Assembly (NCBI GenBank): GCA_002269645.1
Contig: NIVC01002127.1
Location: forward strand, 44,240 to 108,239
DNA length: 64,000 bases
Reading direction: 5' to 3'
From: Macrostomum lignano
Lineage: Eukaryota
The translations under genes were made by a program, and so were the position numbers. Below, piece after piece: positions 49,668 to 63,190 of the stretch. Numbering within the stretch: the first letter of the stretch is position 1; each line of letters begins with the position of its first letter. Below the pieces are notes generated by a model, which saw only the letters and a list, made by a program, of their open reading frames with translations, had not been told where the DNA came from and made no database searches.

Positions 49668-52241
49668 TCCTATATACTAAAAATGAGTTGTCTGTCGGTA
49701 TGCGATAGATTTCAGAAAAATTGGCTCAACCGATTTTCTTCAAACTTGCACCATTTGATCAGAAATTTTCCTGGCACGGTACATGCATCCTGGCTAAGAA
49801 ATTGCTCAATGTTAAAGGGATTAAATATTCAAAAAACATGCTTTTTTGCAAAGGTCAAGCCAAATTTTCGACTTGAAATGCATTGTAAGAATGCTAGAAA
49901 AAAAACTGACTGACTGAATTCCGATTGTGCTAAAGATTGCATCACAACAAGTTGAAAACAGTGTCAAAGCAATGCACACACGACTTGAATGAAATTGCGT
50001 AACCATATTGCCAACTTAAACTGAGACTGATTCTGGCTGACTGAGAAATTGATTATGTCATAACTTTTTATTCCAATTGACTTGCTGTAAGAATTGAATT
50101 ATAAGGGCCACAATTCATGTTCTCCAATTGAAAAAAGATAGCCCTGATGCGAACAGACTGGAATGCTAATGTAGCAACCTGGATTCGAATCTTAGTAGTG
50201 CAAAAAAGATTTTTTTTATTAAAACACCTTTAAAACACAAAATTGCTAAACATGTCGAACATTAAAGAGTTACCATGTCAAACATAAAAGAGCCACCATG
50301 TCAAACCTAAACGAGCCACCATGTCTAATATTTAAGAGGCACCATTTCGAACATTAAAGAGCCACCATTTTGAACATTAAAGAGCCACCATGTCAAACAT
50401 AAAAGAGCCACTATTTAGAACATCAAAGAGCCACTATGTCAAACATTTAGGAGCCACTTTTTTCGAACATTAAAGAGCCACCATGTCAAACATAAAAGAG
50501 CCAACATGTCAGACATTAAAAAGCCACCGTATCAAATATAAAAGAGTTATCATGTAGAACAAAAAAGAGCCACCATTTCGAACATTAAAGAGCCACCATG
50601 TCAAACATAAAAGAGCCAACATGTCAGACATTAAAAAGCCACCGTATCAAATATAAAAGAGTTACCATGTAGAACAAAAAAGAGCCACCATTTCGAACAT
50701 ACAAGAGCCACCATGGCGAACATTAAAGAGCCACCATGTCGAACATAAAAGAGCCACCATGTCAAACATAAAAGAGCCACCATTTTGAACATAAAAGAGC
50801 CACAATGTCGAACATAAAAGAGCCACCATGCCAAATATAAAAGAGCCACCATGCCAAACATTAAAGAGCCACCATGTCAATCATTAAAGAGCCACCATGT
50901 CAATTATTTATGTGTCTTTATGTCAAACATTAAAGAGCCACCATTTCGATCATTAAGGAGCCACCATGTCAAACATTTAAAAGCCACCTTGTCAAACATT
51001 AAATAGCCACATTGTCGAACATTAAAGAGCCACTGTGTCAAACATTAAAGAGCCACCATGTCAAACATTAAAGAGCCACCATGTCAGATATTAAAAAGAG
51101 CCACCATGTCGAACATTAAAGAGCCACCATTTCGAAAATTAAAGAGCCACCATGTAGAATATTAAAGAGCCACCATGTCGAACATTAAAGAGCCACCATG
51201 TCAAACATATATGTGACTTTATGTCAAACATTAAAGAGCCACCATGTAGAACATTTAAGAGCCACCATGTCGAACATTAAAGAGCCACCATGTCGAACAT
51301 TAAAGAGCCACCATGTAAAACATTAAAGAGCCACATTGTCAAACATTAAAGAGCCACCATGTCGAACATTAAAGAGCCACCATGTCAAAAATAGAAGAGC
51401 CACCATGTCAAACATAGAAGAGCCACCATGTCGAACAATAAAGGGCCACCATGTAGAACATTAAAGAGCCACTATGTCGAACATTAAAGAGCCACCATGT
51501 CAAACATTAAAGATCCACCATGTCGAACATTAAAGAGCCACCATGTCAAAAATAGAAGAGCCACCATGTCAAAAATAGAAGAGCCACCATGTCAAAAATA
51601 GAAGAGCCACCATGTCAAACATAGAAGAGCCACCATGTCTAACAATAAAAAGCCGCCATGTCGAACATAGGAGACGCAGTTTTAAACGTAAAAAGAAGCG
51701 TCATGCCAATCACAAAGGAGCCATTATAAAGCTAAGGAAATTGTTGCACTTGCTACTTATTGTCCGGTGGATGCTTGCTATTTAAAGATCAATACTTGCT
51801 ATCAATTGGTTGCTTGCTATCTGGGGGTGCTTGCTATCTGGGGGTGCTTGCTATCTGGGGGTGCTTGCTATCTGGGGGTGCTTGCTATCTGGGGTGCTTG
51901 CTATCTGGGGTGCTTGCTATCTGGGGTGCTTGCTATCTGGGGGCTTGCTATGCTTGCTATCTGGGGGTGCTTGCTAACTGGGGATGCTGCTATCTGGGGG
52001 TGCTTGCTATCTGGGGTGCTTGCTAACTGGGGATGCCTGCTATCTGGGGGTGCTTGCTATCTGGGGGTGCTTGCTAACTGGGGGGATGCTTGCTGTCTTA
52101 GGATGTTTTCTTTTTGCATTGCACTTCATCTGAGCAGTTTTTCTATTGACTATGTGAAGACTTTGTTTGGCCATCTTATTGATACTGGTAGAGAACAGAG
52201 ATTCTATCTAGATGTCCCCCATCGGGGGCGAAGATTGCTAG
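49668..52241 (+). mobile_element. Non-autonomous Helitron, unit 1 of a tandem dimer
   Basis: 5' A|TCCTATATAC; 3' CCCCCATCGGGGG hairpin then CTAG; internal 23-bp (GAGCCACCATGTCAAACATTAAA) and 18-bp (GGGGGTGCTTGCTATCTG) arrays. Confidence 0.85.
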
Positions 52242-54987
52242 TCCTATATACTAAAAATGAGTTGTCTGTATGTATATGGGTATGCGATTGATTTCAGAAA
52301 AATTGGCTCAACTGATTTTCTTCAAACTTGCACCATTCGATCAGAAATTTTCCTGGGACGGTACATGCATCTTGGCTAAGAAATTGCTCAATATTAAAGG
52401 GATTAAATATTCGAAAAACATGCTTTTTTGCAAAGGTCAAGCAGCTCCTTCGACTTGAAATGCATTGTAAGAATGCTACAGACAAAACTGACTGGCTGAA
52501 TTCCGATTGTGATAAAGATTGCATCACAACAAGTTGAAAACAGTGCCGAAGAAATGCACACACGACTTGATTTAAATTGCGTAACCAATACTGCTAACTT
52601 GAATTGAGAGTGATACTGGCTGACTGAGAAACTGATTATGTCATAACTTTTTACTCTAATTAACTTGCTGTAAGAATTGAATTATAAGGGCCACAATTCA
52701 TGTACTTCAATTGAAAATAGATAGCCTAGACTAGATACGAACAGACTTGACTGCCAACGTAGCAACCTGGGTTCAAATCTTGGTAGAGCAAAATAATTTT
52801 TTTATTAAAACACCTTGAAAACACGAAACTGCTAAACATAAAACAAGCACAATATCAAACATACAAGTGGCACCATGTCGAAAATTAAAGAGCTACCATG
52901 TAAAACATAAAAGAGCCACCATGTCAAACACATACGTGACTCCAATGTCAAACATATTTGTGACTCCATGTAAAATATATATACGTGACTGCATGTCAAA
53001 CATTTAAGAGCCACCATGTCAAACATTTAGGAGCCACCATGTCAAACATTTAAGAGCCACCATGTCAAACATTTAAGAGACACCATGTCAAACATTTAAT
53101 AGCCACCATGTCAAACATTTAAGAGCCACCATGTCAAACATTAAAGAGCCACCATGCCAAACATAAAAGAAGCACCATGTCAAACATATACGTGACTCCA
53201 TGTCAAACACTTGAGAGCCACCATGTCAAACATAAACGAGCCACCACGTCTAACATTTAAGAGCCACCATGTCAAACATTTAAGAGACACCATTTCAAAC
53301 ATTTAATAGCCACCATGTCAAACATTTAAGAGCCACCATGTCAAACATTTAAGAGCCACCATGTCAAACATTTAAGAGCCACCATGTCAAACATTTAGGA
53401 GCCACCATATCAAACATATATGTGACTTTATGTCAAACTTTAAAGAGCCACCATTTCGAACATTAAAGAGCCACAATGTCAAACATAAAAGAGCCACCAG
53501 GTTAAACATTAAAGAGCCACCATGTCAAACATAGAAGAGACACCATGTCAAACATTTAATAGCCACCATGTCAAACATTTAGGAGCCACCATGTCAAACA
53601 TTTAGGAGCCACCATGTCAAACATTTAAGAGCCACCTTGTCAAACATTTAGGAGCCACCATATCAAACATATATGTGACTTTACGTCAAACTTTAAAGAG
53701 CCACCATTTCGAACATTAAAGAGCCACCGTGTCAAACATAAAAGAGCCACCATGTCAAACATAGAAGAGCCACCATGTCAAAACATAAAAGTGCCACCAT
53801 GTCGAACATAAAAGCGCCACCATGAAGAACATTAAAGAGCCACCATGTCAAACATTTAGGAGCCACCATGTCAAACATATATGTGACTTTATGTCAAACA
53901 TTAAAGAGCCACCATTTCGAACATTAAGGAGCCACCATGTCGGACATTAAATAGCCACCATGTCAAACATAAAAGAGCTATACCATGAAGAACATTAAAG
54001 AGCCACTTTGTCGAAACATTAAAGAGCCACCATGTCAAACAATAAAGAGCCACCATGTCAAACATTTTGGAGCCACCATGTCAAAACATAAAAGTGCCAT
54101 CATGTCAAACCTAAAAGAGCCACCATGTCTAACGTAAAAGAGCCACCATGTTAAACATTAAAGAGCCACAATGTCAAACAATAAGGAGCCACCATGTCAA
54201 ACATAGGAGAACCACCATGTCAAACATAGAAGAGCCACCATGTCAAACATAGAAGAGCCACCATGTCAAACATAGAAGAGCCACCATGTCAAACATAGAA
54301 GAGCCACCATGTCACACATTGAAAAGCCACCGTATCAAACCTAAATGATACACAATTTCAAACGTAAAAGTAAGCGAATTTTAAAGGAGCCACTATAATG
54401 CTAAGGAAATCGTCGCACTAGCTACTTATTGTCTGGTGGATGCTTGCTATTTGGGGATGCCTGCTATCTGGGGGATGCTTGCTATCTGGGGGATGCTTGC
54501 TATCTGGGGGATGCTTGCTATCTTGGGGATGCTTGCTATCTGGGGGATGCTTGCTATTTGGGGATGCTATCTATCTGGGGGATGCTTGCTATCTGGGGGA
54601 TGCTTGCTATCTGGGGGATGCTTGCTATCTGGGGATGCTTGCTATCTGGGGGATGCTTGCTATCTGGGGGATGCTTGCTATCTGGGGGATGCTTACTATT
54701 TGGGGGATGCTTGCTATCTGGGGGATGCTATCTATCTGGGGGATGCTTGCTATCTGGGGATGCTTGCTATCTGGGGGATGCTTGCTATCCGGGGGATGCT
54801 TGCAATCTGGGGGATGCTTGCTATCTGGGGGATGCTTGCTGTCTTGGGATGATTTCTTTTTGCATTGCACTTCATTTGAGTATTTTGTCTGTTTTCTTTG
54901 TGAAGGCTTTATTTGGCGATCTTTTTGTTACTTGTAGAGAGCAGAGATTCTATACAGATGCCCCCCAAGGGGGTCGAAGATTGCTAG
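52242..54987 (+). mobile_element. Non-autonomous Helitron, unit 2 of the tandem dimer
   Basis: Starts TCCTATATAC directly after the CTAG of unit 1; ends CCCCCCAAGGGGG...CTAG|T; no TSD. Confidence 0.85.
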
Positions 54988-55255
54988 TAATATCTATTAT
55001 TTGTTTACTGAAAATCTAAAATTATTTATTATTAATCTTTGAAAATATATATTAGTCTAATAAGATTTGAAGTTGGTGAAGGAAAATTTTAAGCATTCTT
55101 AAGTTTTATTAAATGTTTTTCATTTTCAATTTGGCATCTTGAATGTAGACCCTGAGTACCAAATAGTACTGCGATTCTGATGCTTGGAAAACACACAGAG
55201 ATTATATTTCTGCTTTTTTATACTTTACTTAATTTTATTTACTGCCGTTGCTCCA

Positions 55256-58200
55256 ATGCAGACGGAGGAGGAAATCCAGGACGGGCCGTGGAGTCTGAAA
55301 GATGATGAGGAGCAGCGACGCAACCGTCGTCGGTCGCACGCGGCCGACCTGCTCTCAGCTGCGTCTGGCGGCGCCAGCCGACTGGCCGGGGCTGAAGGCA
55401 ACAAAGAGAACGCACCAAATAAAGGCGCTCTGCATGGCATGTCCGCTAAGCAGCTCACTGAGCACTATGAGGACTGCATTAAATTGTCTGCTGAAGGGAA
55501 AATTTCTGCAAAAAATGCCTTTGCTCTGCATTTGATTGACTATCTGGATGGCATGGTTAAACAGGAGAACTTTGGCGGCTTCCAGGTGAGTGGCATTCGC
55601 TTAGAATTTTAAATTTGTGTTGCTTGTTTTCAGTTGCTGGGCCATGCAGCCTTTAAGATCCTCAGTTGCTGGGCCAGCCTCCCAGATCCTCAGTTGCTGG
55701 GCAGCCATTCAGATCCTCAGTTGCTGGGCCATCAGCCTCCCAGATCCCCAGATGCTGGGCCAGCCTCCCAGATCATCAGTTGCTGAGCCAGCCTCCCAGA
55801 TCCTCAGTTGCTGGGCCAGCCTACCAGATCCTCAGTTGCTGGGCCAGCCTACAAGATCCTCAGTTGCTGGGCCAGCCTCCCAGATCATCAGTTGCTGAGC
55901 CAGCCTCCCAGATCCTCAGTTGCTGGGCCAGCCTCCCAGATCCTCAGTTGCTGGGCCAGCCTCCCAGATCCCAAGTTGCTGGGCCATCAGCTTCCCAGAT
56001 CCTCAGTTGCTGGGCCATCAGCCTCCCAGATCTTCAGTTTCTGAGCCAGCCTCCAGATCCTCAGTTGCTGGGCCAGCCTCCCAGATCCTCAGTTTCTGAG
56101 CCAGCCTCCCAGATCCTCAGTTGCTGGGCCAGCCTCCCAGATCCTCAGTTTCTGAGCCAGCCTCCCAGATCTTCAGTTTCTGAGCCAGCCGCCCAGATCC
56201 TCAGTTACTGGGCCAGCCTTATTGTTAATTAAGATGAAGAATTCACAAAAAATTGCATAGCAACCAAACTAACGAGTCTCCTGAAATCACCGCCGCAACC
56301 GCCAGGTGGCCTCCAGCTCCCTAGACGCTGGCGCCAAAATCTACGCCGGTCGGGTAGACGCAGTCCACCACGAGGCCTACAAAGTTCTTGGCGGGCTTGG
56401 CCGGTCCACAACTTCTGCAGAGAAAAAATCCAATGACAACGACATCAACAGCGACGATGACGGAGGCAACGCTGGCGAGGCCGACGACGATGACGACAGG
56501 CCAATGTCGGGCAACAGGCGCAAAGCTGCGGCCGAACGGAAGCGCCGCCAGAAAGCTGTGATCGCATCTAATCTGGCTCGGATTCGCTTGAAACCGGCCA
56601 GTTTGAGATTCGACGTTGATCCGCTCTTCCAACAGCAGGCGTCCGCTTATGACGATGGCGGCACGGGAGAATTGAGACTCAACAATGTCTACGTGGTTGA
56701 CAATGCGTGCGAGATTCTGCTGGATAGCGACGCGTCAGTTTGTATTGGCGCCTGCGAGTCGGCTAATCAAGACGAGTCTTCTTCTTCTAATAAGCAGCAA
56801 TGCCGATTGGAAGATGTTGACATTAGTAACCGCTTAGCAACGGTTGCTAATCGCCTTGACAGCAGCGTCCTACAAGAAGAAGACGAAGACGAAGCAAATA
56901 ATCAGTGGCTCTGCTTTGCGTTTAGGCGATTTTCTTTCCTACGTAGAAATTGCGGCGGCCTAAACGACCTCACATTCGGCGGCGGTGCAGCAGATCAGAG
57001 CGCCGTTCTGGCCGATTTTGTTGCCAGACTGCCGCCGCCAGAGGATGATGATTATCCCGAGCAGCCGCCTGCTGATCACCTAGACGCGGACGATGATCAT
57101 CACGGCGGATTCATTGACGAGTGCACTATGGACGCCGGCGTCGGGATGCAGATCGACATGTGCGGCGAGCGCAATGCTGTGGTGGTTAATACGGCGGATA
57201 GTAAATTGGCTGGAGAGAGCTTGTAAGTACCGATGGCTTCATTAGATTGGCTGGTATTGCTGATGTCAAATGTATTGTAGCCTAAGGGGGTTGCAGCCTA
57301 GGAGTTAAGAGCGTCGATCTCACGACTTAAAAGTCGGGAGTTCGATTCCCGATCCCACTCGGAACAATTTGCGTCCTCCTTGACCAAGACACTTCACTCT
57401 GCATTGCTTCAGTTCACCCAGCTGTAAAATGGGTGCCAGTATTAGCTGGGGTGATTGAGCGTGTGTGTGGGGAGTGGCGACCCCCCAGTCATTGGACTGA
57501 ACAGCCGTACGCAGCCTTTAGACTGCACCGCGCAATAGCTGCGGCTGAACTGTCTGTGTATAGGAGTTTTGTCTATTCTAAATCTAAAAAGACAAATTTG
57601 CCATTCTATTAATGAATAGAATCCAATCATAAAGCATGAACACAAACGGATACCTAAACTATCCGATTTTTAGAAATACGAATTTTCTGTTTCTTAGAAG
57701 CATAGGCTATTCGATTCTTAGAAAAGTGAATTGTTCGATTCTCAGAAACTTACAGTTAACGTCCGATTCCCAAAATAACAATTTTATCCGTTTATAAGAA
57801 GAAAATGCGGGATTCTTAGAATTTTTAGTGATCCAATTTTAAAAAAACACGAATTTCGTTTCTAAGAAATTTAAGCTATCCGATTCTTAAAAACAAAAAA
57901 TACAAGGTTTCTACGAACATTAAACAACCAGTTCTTAGAAAAAGGAATTACCCGATTTTTAGACACAAGAATTAACAATTTCTTAGAAACATAAACTGTC
58001 TGATTCTTAGAAATAGAAACTTTTTGATTCTTAATAATAACAAGCTGTTGAAACCCGCGGATTTTGAACCCGGGAATTTCAATCCCCGGAACTATTTTTG
58101 CATGTATTCTAAAATCTGAGGTCTAACTCAAACAAAAACTTGTTAATAGTTACGAAAGAGTTAAACATAAAATAGAGTACACATTTGTGTAAAATTAGGA

Positions 58201-58576
58201 TTTGAGGCAAACATTGATATTGTTGGCTAGGGTGCTGCGCAGAATGTCAGGCAAACTCTGGCAGTCTGGCTGGCCTCTGTATCTGCCTCTCTGTCTCCCT
58301 ATGCCCCTCGGATCCTTTGAAATTTCTATCTTCTCTTCTGTTTCTTCTCTTCTCTCTCGTCTCTTGTCTCTTCCTTCTCTTCTCTTCTCACTCCTTACTC
58401 TACCCTTTCAACACTTCCTTCATCTACTCCTCTCCCCTTTCTCATCTCTTCTCTCAACTCTCTCCTCTCCTCTCTCCACTCTCTCCTCTCATCTCTTTCC
58501 TCACCTCTTTTCTCTCTTATCTCTTCCCATTACTCTCTGGTTGCTTCTCTCTCTCTCTCTCCCTCTCTCTCTCTCT

Positions 58577-58624
<48 letters not shown>

Positions 58625-61600
58625 TCTCTCCTGTCTCATCTGTCTTCTCTCTAATCTTTCCCCTCTTTCCTCTCCTCTCTCATCCTTTCCCCTCTTTCCC
58701 TGTCCTCTCGATTCTCTCCCCTCCCCTCCCCTCCTCTTCCTCACTCACTTCTCTCTCCCCTTGTCTCACCTCTCCTCTTTTCTCTCTACTCTCCCATCTC
58801 TCGTCTGTTCACTCTTGTTTCTGCTCTCTTATCTCCCCTCTCTCATCTGTCATTACTCTCTTATACTCGTGTGTTCTCTCACCTCTCTCCTCTGTACTCT
58901 TCTTTTTCCCCTCTTTTGACTCCTCTCTTTTCTTTCTCCTTTCTTCTCTTCTCTTCTCTTCCCTCTTCTATACTCTCTCCCTCTCTTGTCTTCTCTCTTC
59001 TCTCTCCACACTTCTCTCTCCACTCTCCTCTCTTCTCTCATAAATCGTCTGTTCACTCTCACCTTTGCTCTCTCATCCCCCTTTCTCCTCTGTCATCTCT
59101 ACTCTCCTCTCTCCTGTGTACTCTTCTCTTTCCCCTCTTGTATACTCTCTCCCCTCTATTCTCTTCTCCCGTCTCTCTGCACTCTGCTCTCTCTTCCTTC
59201 ATCTCTCATCTCTACTCTCTCATCTTTCCTTTCATCTCTCCCATCTCTATAATCTCATCTCTTTCATCTCTCCTCCTCTTTCCTTTACTCTTCCCTTCCA
59301 TCCCTTCTTTCTCAACTCTCTTCTCACTCCTCTCTCCCCCTCTTATCTACTCTCTTCCCTACCCTCTCTAATCTCTCCTCTCGATCCTCTCTCATCTTCT
59401 CTCTGTTCTCTCATCTCTACTCTCTTATCACTCTTCTCTACTCTCCTCACCCATCGATCCTCTGTCTCATCTCTCCCCTCTTCTCTCTCCCTCTTCTCAC
59501 CTTTACTATTTCCTCTCCCTCCTCTCTCCCCTCCTCTTGCTTCTTCCTCCCATATACTCTGCTGTCTACTCTCTCCTTACCCCTCGTCTCTCCTATTATC
59601 GTCTATCTTATAGCCTCTTCACTGGGGCAGAGAGAATTCAAGTTGTTCGAAAGTTCGAAACACTACATTGTTGCATGCACACTGACCCTGGTATGGGGAA
59701 ATGAGTGAGAGGCTTGCTCTCTTTCTGCTGTACTGTACTGCACTGAATCTGGCATTTAAAATTTTTTATTTTAAGTGGCTTAAGTAAAACTTAAGAAATG
59801 TTAAAATTTGCATTTTTTGTTACTTATTCAGTAGAACTATATCTATATCGCTTTTTCAGAGATTTTTTGCTTTTGCAAACTTTTACAAACTGCTGGTTGG
59901 CAGGTTGGGCAAGCTTAGAACAGTTTGGTGAGAAGTTCTAACCAAAGCCTTTTCCACTGTGCTGACTGGGCCGGGGAGGGGGCGCAATAAAGTCAAGTTA
60001 ATTTCCAAATCACTATACACTGCTGGCCTACCCCTTTGTTCTGGGGGAATGAGTAAGAGGGAGCGGCCTAACACCAGAAAAAACAGCCAAACTTCTCACG
60101 CTTACAGTTTCTGTTCTGGTAGAGTTACAGAGTTGAGACTTTATAATTAGAGCATGCACTCTGCAGCAGTCTAACAACCAAGGAAATACGCATTTCTTAG
60201 GAGCCATTTAAATTTTAAAGTTACCTTATGCGAATCTTAATGTTAAAAGCTTCATGCTCTAACAACAAACTAATTTAGTAAGGATTGCATTGTAATTGTA
60301 ATCAGTTATTAATTAATTTTTCGCTATTTTTACAAACCATCCCACATTGTCTTGACTCTTGATTTGCCATCCACTGTTAAACTGCTGCAGACTTGTGTCT
60401 ATTCAGAGGACAGTGGTTTGAATCTCTAGCTAAACTGTCTCTCTTCTCTACGCCTCTCCACTCGCGGGGGACAGAGAAGGCTATTAAAAAGTTATTCCAA
60501 AACACTGTACATTCGCTATGTACATTGAGCCCTATCGCCTGATCCTTCGTCTGGGGGAATGAGTTGGATGAGCGGCAAACAACAGAAAAAGCAGACAAAC
60601 TTCACATGCTTACAGTTTCTGTTCTGGTTGAGATACAAAGTTGAGACTTTATATTTGGACAGAGAATAAGTCAATAAAGATTTGTGTCAAGTTTGAAGTC
60701 AATCGCTTCACGTGAAGCAAACGTATGGCAGCCCAAAGTTAGTCATTAAAAAACCTATTTGCACCCTTTGCCCAGATCGGGAAAGAGAGGCAGGAGGGCG
60801 GAGGTTGGGGTGGCTGCCTCGCTGAAAAAAACAGCCTAACTTAAAAAGTGCCCAGCGCCATTCAGGATTAACTTTGAGACTCAAAACTTTACACGATTGT
60901 GTCAAAATAGTTGAAGATTGATTGTGTCAAATTTGAAGAGGATCGGTAGAAGTGGAGCGGCGCTATGGAGGATTAAGTAAAAAAATTGCGCATTTTGAGC
61001 AGTTTTTTGTACTTTAAGGTAGGAAGACTTGAGTCTAGGAAATTTAAAGGTAGCCTAAGACATTCTCCGTAGTAAGTTTAGGGTGGGTGTAAAGTTTGGT
61101 GTCATTTAGTTAAGCGGTTTGGGAGTCCATAGCGATCAAAATTGTCCACAGACAGACAGACAGACAGAGTTTTGATTTTTATATGTAGAGATAATGATAA
61201 TGTTAATAATAGCAATAACTGATTACACCTGCCCTAATGGCCAGATGTGCAACCGAGACAGCTCAGCCACAGCTATTGCGCGGCGCATCTGAAGGCTGCG
61301 TACGGCTGTTCAGTCCAAGGACTGGGGGGTCGCCAACCCTCACCCCAGCTAATGTGCACCCATTTTACAGCTGCGTGAACTGAAGCAATGCAGAGTTTGT
61401 GTCTTGCTCAAGGACACAAAGTGTTCCAAGTAGAATCGGGAATCGAACTCCGACCTTTAAGTCGTGAGTCCGACGCTCTGACCACTAGGCTAAAAACCCC
61501 ATTTTTTAAAAGATCAATTATCCAATTCTTAGAAACATGAATTATCCAATTCTTAGAAACATGAATTATCCAATTCTTAGAAACACGAATTATCTGATTC

Positions 61601-62327
61601 TTAGAAACATGAATCATCTGATCTTAGAAACACGAATTATCTGATTCTTAGAAATACGAATTATCTGATTCTTAGAAACATGAATTATCTGATTCTTAGT
61701 TATTGGCCTTAGCGCGATTCCTATTTCTTAGAAAAATAAATCCCCATTCATAACCGATTTCTCCGCAGCCATCCGAACGCCAGTAGAAATTTTGTGGAAG
61801 CAATCCGCGATCTGCTCTCAGATCGCTACGCTCATTTGAGCGCCAACGGCGCCGCTAGCGGCGGCAGTGGAGTCGGCGGCGGCAGAGGTGTTGGCCGACT
61901 TACCGGCGGAGAATTCTTCCGTCTATTCGCCGACCCGGCTAATTGGAAGAGAAAAAAGTGCAAATTAACTGCGCTATTATCGAAAGCGGCAGCGGCAGCA
62001 GAGAAAATTAAAGATGGCGCCATCGCAGGCGCGGCTTGCTCTGCCGCAGCTCCGGCCGCTTCTACAGCTCGCCGACGCCAAGCAGCCAAAGCCGCCATGG
62101 ATCAGTTGCTGACTGACAGTCCTGCAGATTGGCGAAAGAAATTAGCTTTATCTAGATCCGGGTTGAAGCTATCCGACACTGTTATTAGCAGGCATATGCA
62201 ATCGGAATTTAATTTGCCGCACGTGATTGCGCCTGTTCAATCTGGCGTAGTTGGAGACTTTGCTGGTCGTTGCGTCAGGCAGAACCTGTTAAATTTGATT
62301 GCAGATAATCGGCATTGCTTTCAGAGT
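55256..62327 (+). CDS. NCAPH: Condensin I kleisin subunit (NCAPH/Barren/Cnd2), partial; exons 55256-55585, 56306-57222, 61769-62327; continues beyond the window
   Basis: [27 protein letters not shown] and FQ|[31 protein letters not shown] are the conserved kleisin N-terminal motifs; also [17 protein letters not shown]. Splice phases 0, 2, 0 are consistent. Confidence 0.92.
55630..56218. repeat. 28-bp minisatellite in NCAPH intron 1, same unit as 12304-12738
   Basis: CCTCCCAGATCCTCAGTTGCTGGGCCAG, same orientation. Confidence 0.95.
57287..57556 (+). mobile_element. tRNA-derived SINE, copy 2 (NCAPH intron 2)
   Basis: Colinear with 30134-30395. Confidence 0.85.
57600..58030. repeat. Degenerate GATTCTTAGAAA array, continued as a clean 24-bp array at 61505-61700
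   Basis: The same core motif lies on both sides of the intervening insertions. Confidence 0.75.
58041..61191 (-). mobile_element. Putative non-autonomous Helitron in NCAPH intron 2, carrying a 1.3-kb CT-rich tract (58320-59610)
   Basis: Minus-strand 5' A|TCTCTACATATAAAAATC...(CTGT)n; 3' GC-rich hairpin then CTTG|T at 58041; internal ~140-bp direct repeat (~59990-60140 and ~60490-60650). Confidence 0.5.
61252..61500 (-). mobile_element. tRNA-derived SINE, copy 3
   Basis: Reverse complement of copies 1 and 2, with intact A and B boxes. Confidence 0.85.
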
Positions 62328-62344
62328 GTGAGTCTTGGCTGTTT

Positions 62345-63180
62345 TTTTAATTATCTCACTTCCGGTTCTTTATTACTTGTATTTTTCAGCGAATTGTCTT
62401 ACTCCCGTCTCTATTATCCATATTTTTAGTGGATTATCTCACTTCCGGTCTCTATTATCCATATTTTTAGTGGATTATCGCACTCCCGGTCTCAATTATC
62501 CATATTTTTCAGTGGATTATCTCACTTCCGGTCTCTATTATCCATATTTTTCAGTGGATTATCTCACTTCCGGTCTCTATTATCTATATTTTTCAGTGGA
62601 TTATCTCACTTCCGGTTTCAATTATCCATATTTTCAGTTGATTGTCTCACTCCCGGTCTCTATTATCCATATTTTTAGTGGATTATCTCACTTCCGGTCT
62701 CTATTATCCATATTTTAGTGGATTATCGCACTCCCGGTCTCAATTATCCATATTTTTCAGTGGATTATCTCACTTCCGGTCTCTATTATCTATATTTTTC
62801 AGTGGATTATCTCACTCCCGGTCTCTATTATCCATATTTTTCAGTGGATTATCTCACTTCCGGTCTCTATTATCTATATTTTTCAGTGGATTATCTCACT
62901 CCCGGTCTCTATTATCCATATTTTTCAGTGGATTATCTCACTTCCGGTTTCAATTATCCATATTTTCAGTGGATTATCTCACTCCCGGTCTCTATTATCT
63001 ATATTTTTCAGTGGATTATCTCACTCCCGGTCTCTATTATCCATATTTTTCAGTGGATTATCTCACTCCCGGTCTCTATTATCCATATTTTTCAGTGGAT
63101 TATCTCACTTCCGGTCTTAATTATCCATATTTTCAGTGGATTATCTCACTCCCGGTCTCAACTATCCATATTTTTGAGCA
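62345..63180. repeat. 41-42 bp minisatellite in NCAPH intron 3 (ATTATCTCACTTCCGGTCTCTATTATCCATATTTTTCAGTGG)
   Basis: About 20 tandem units; 14-aa period in the ORF track. Confidence 0.95.
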
Positions 63181-63190
63181 GATTATCTCT

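Noticed and set aside
58202-59613. Leu/Ser-rich ORFs as extra NCAPH exons
   Set aside because: CT low-complexity sequence; exon 2 (phase 2) joins 61769 in frame without them.
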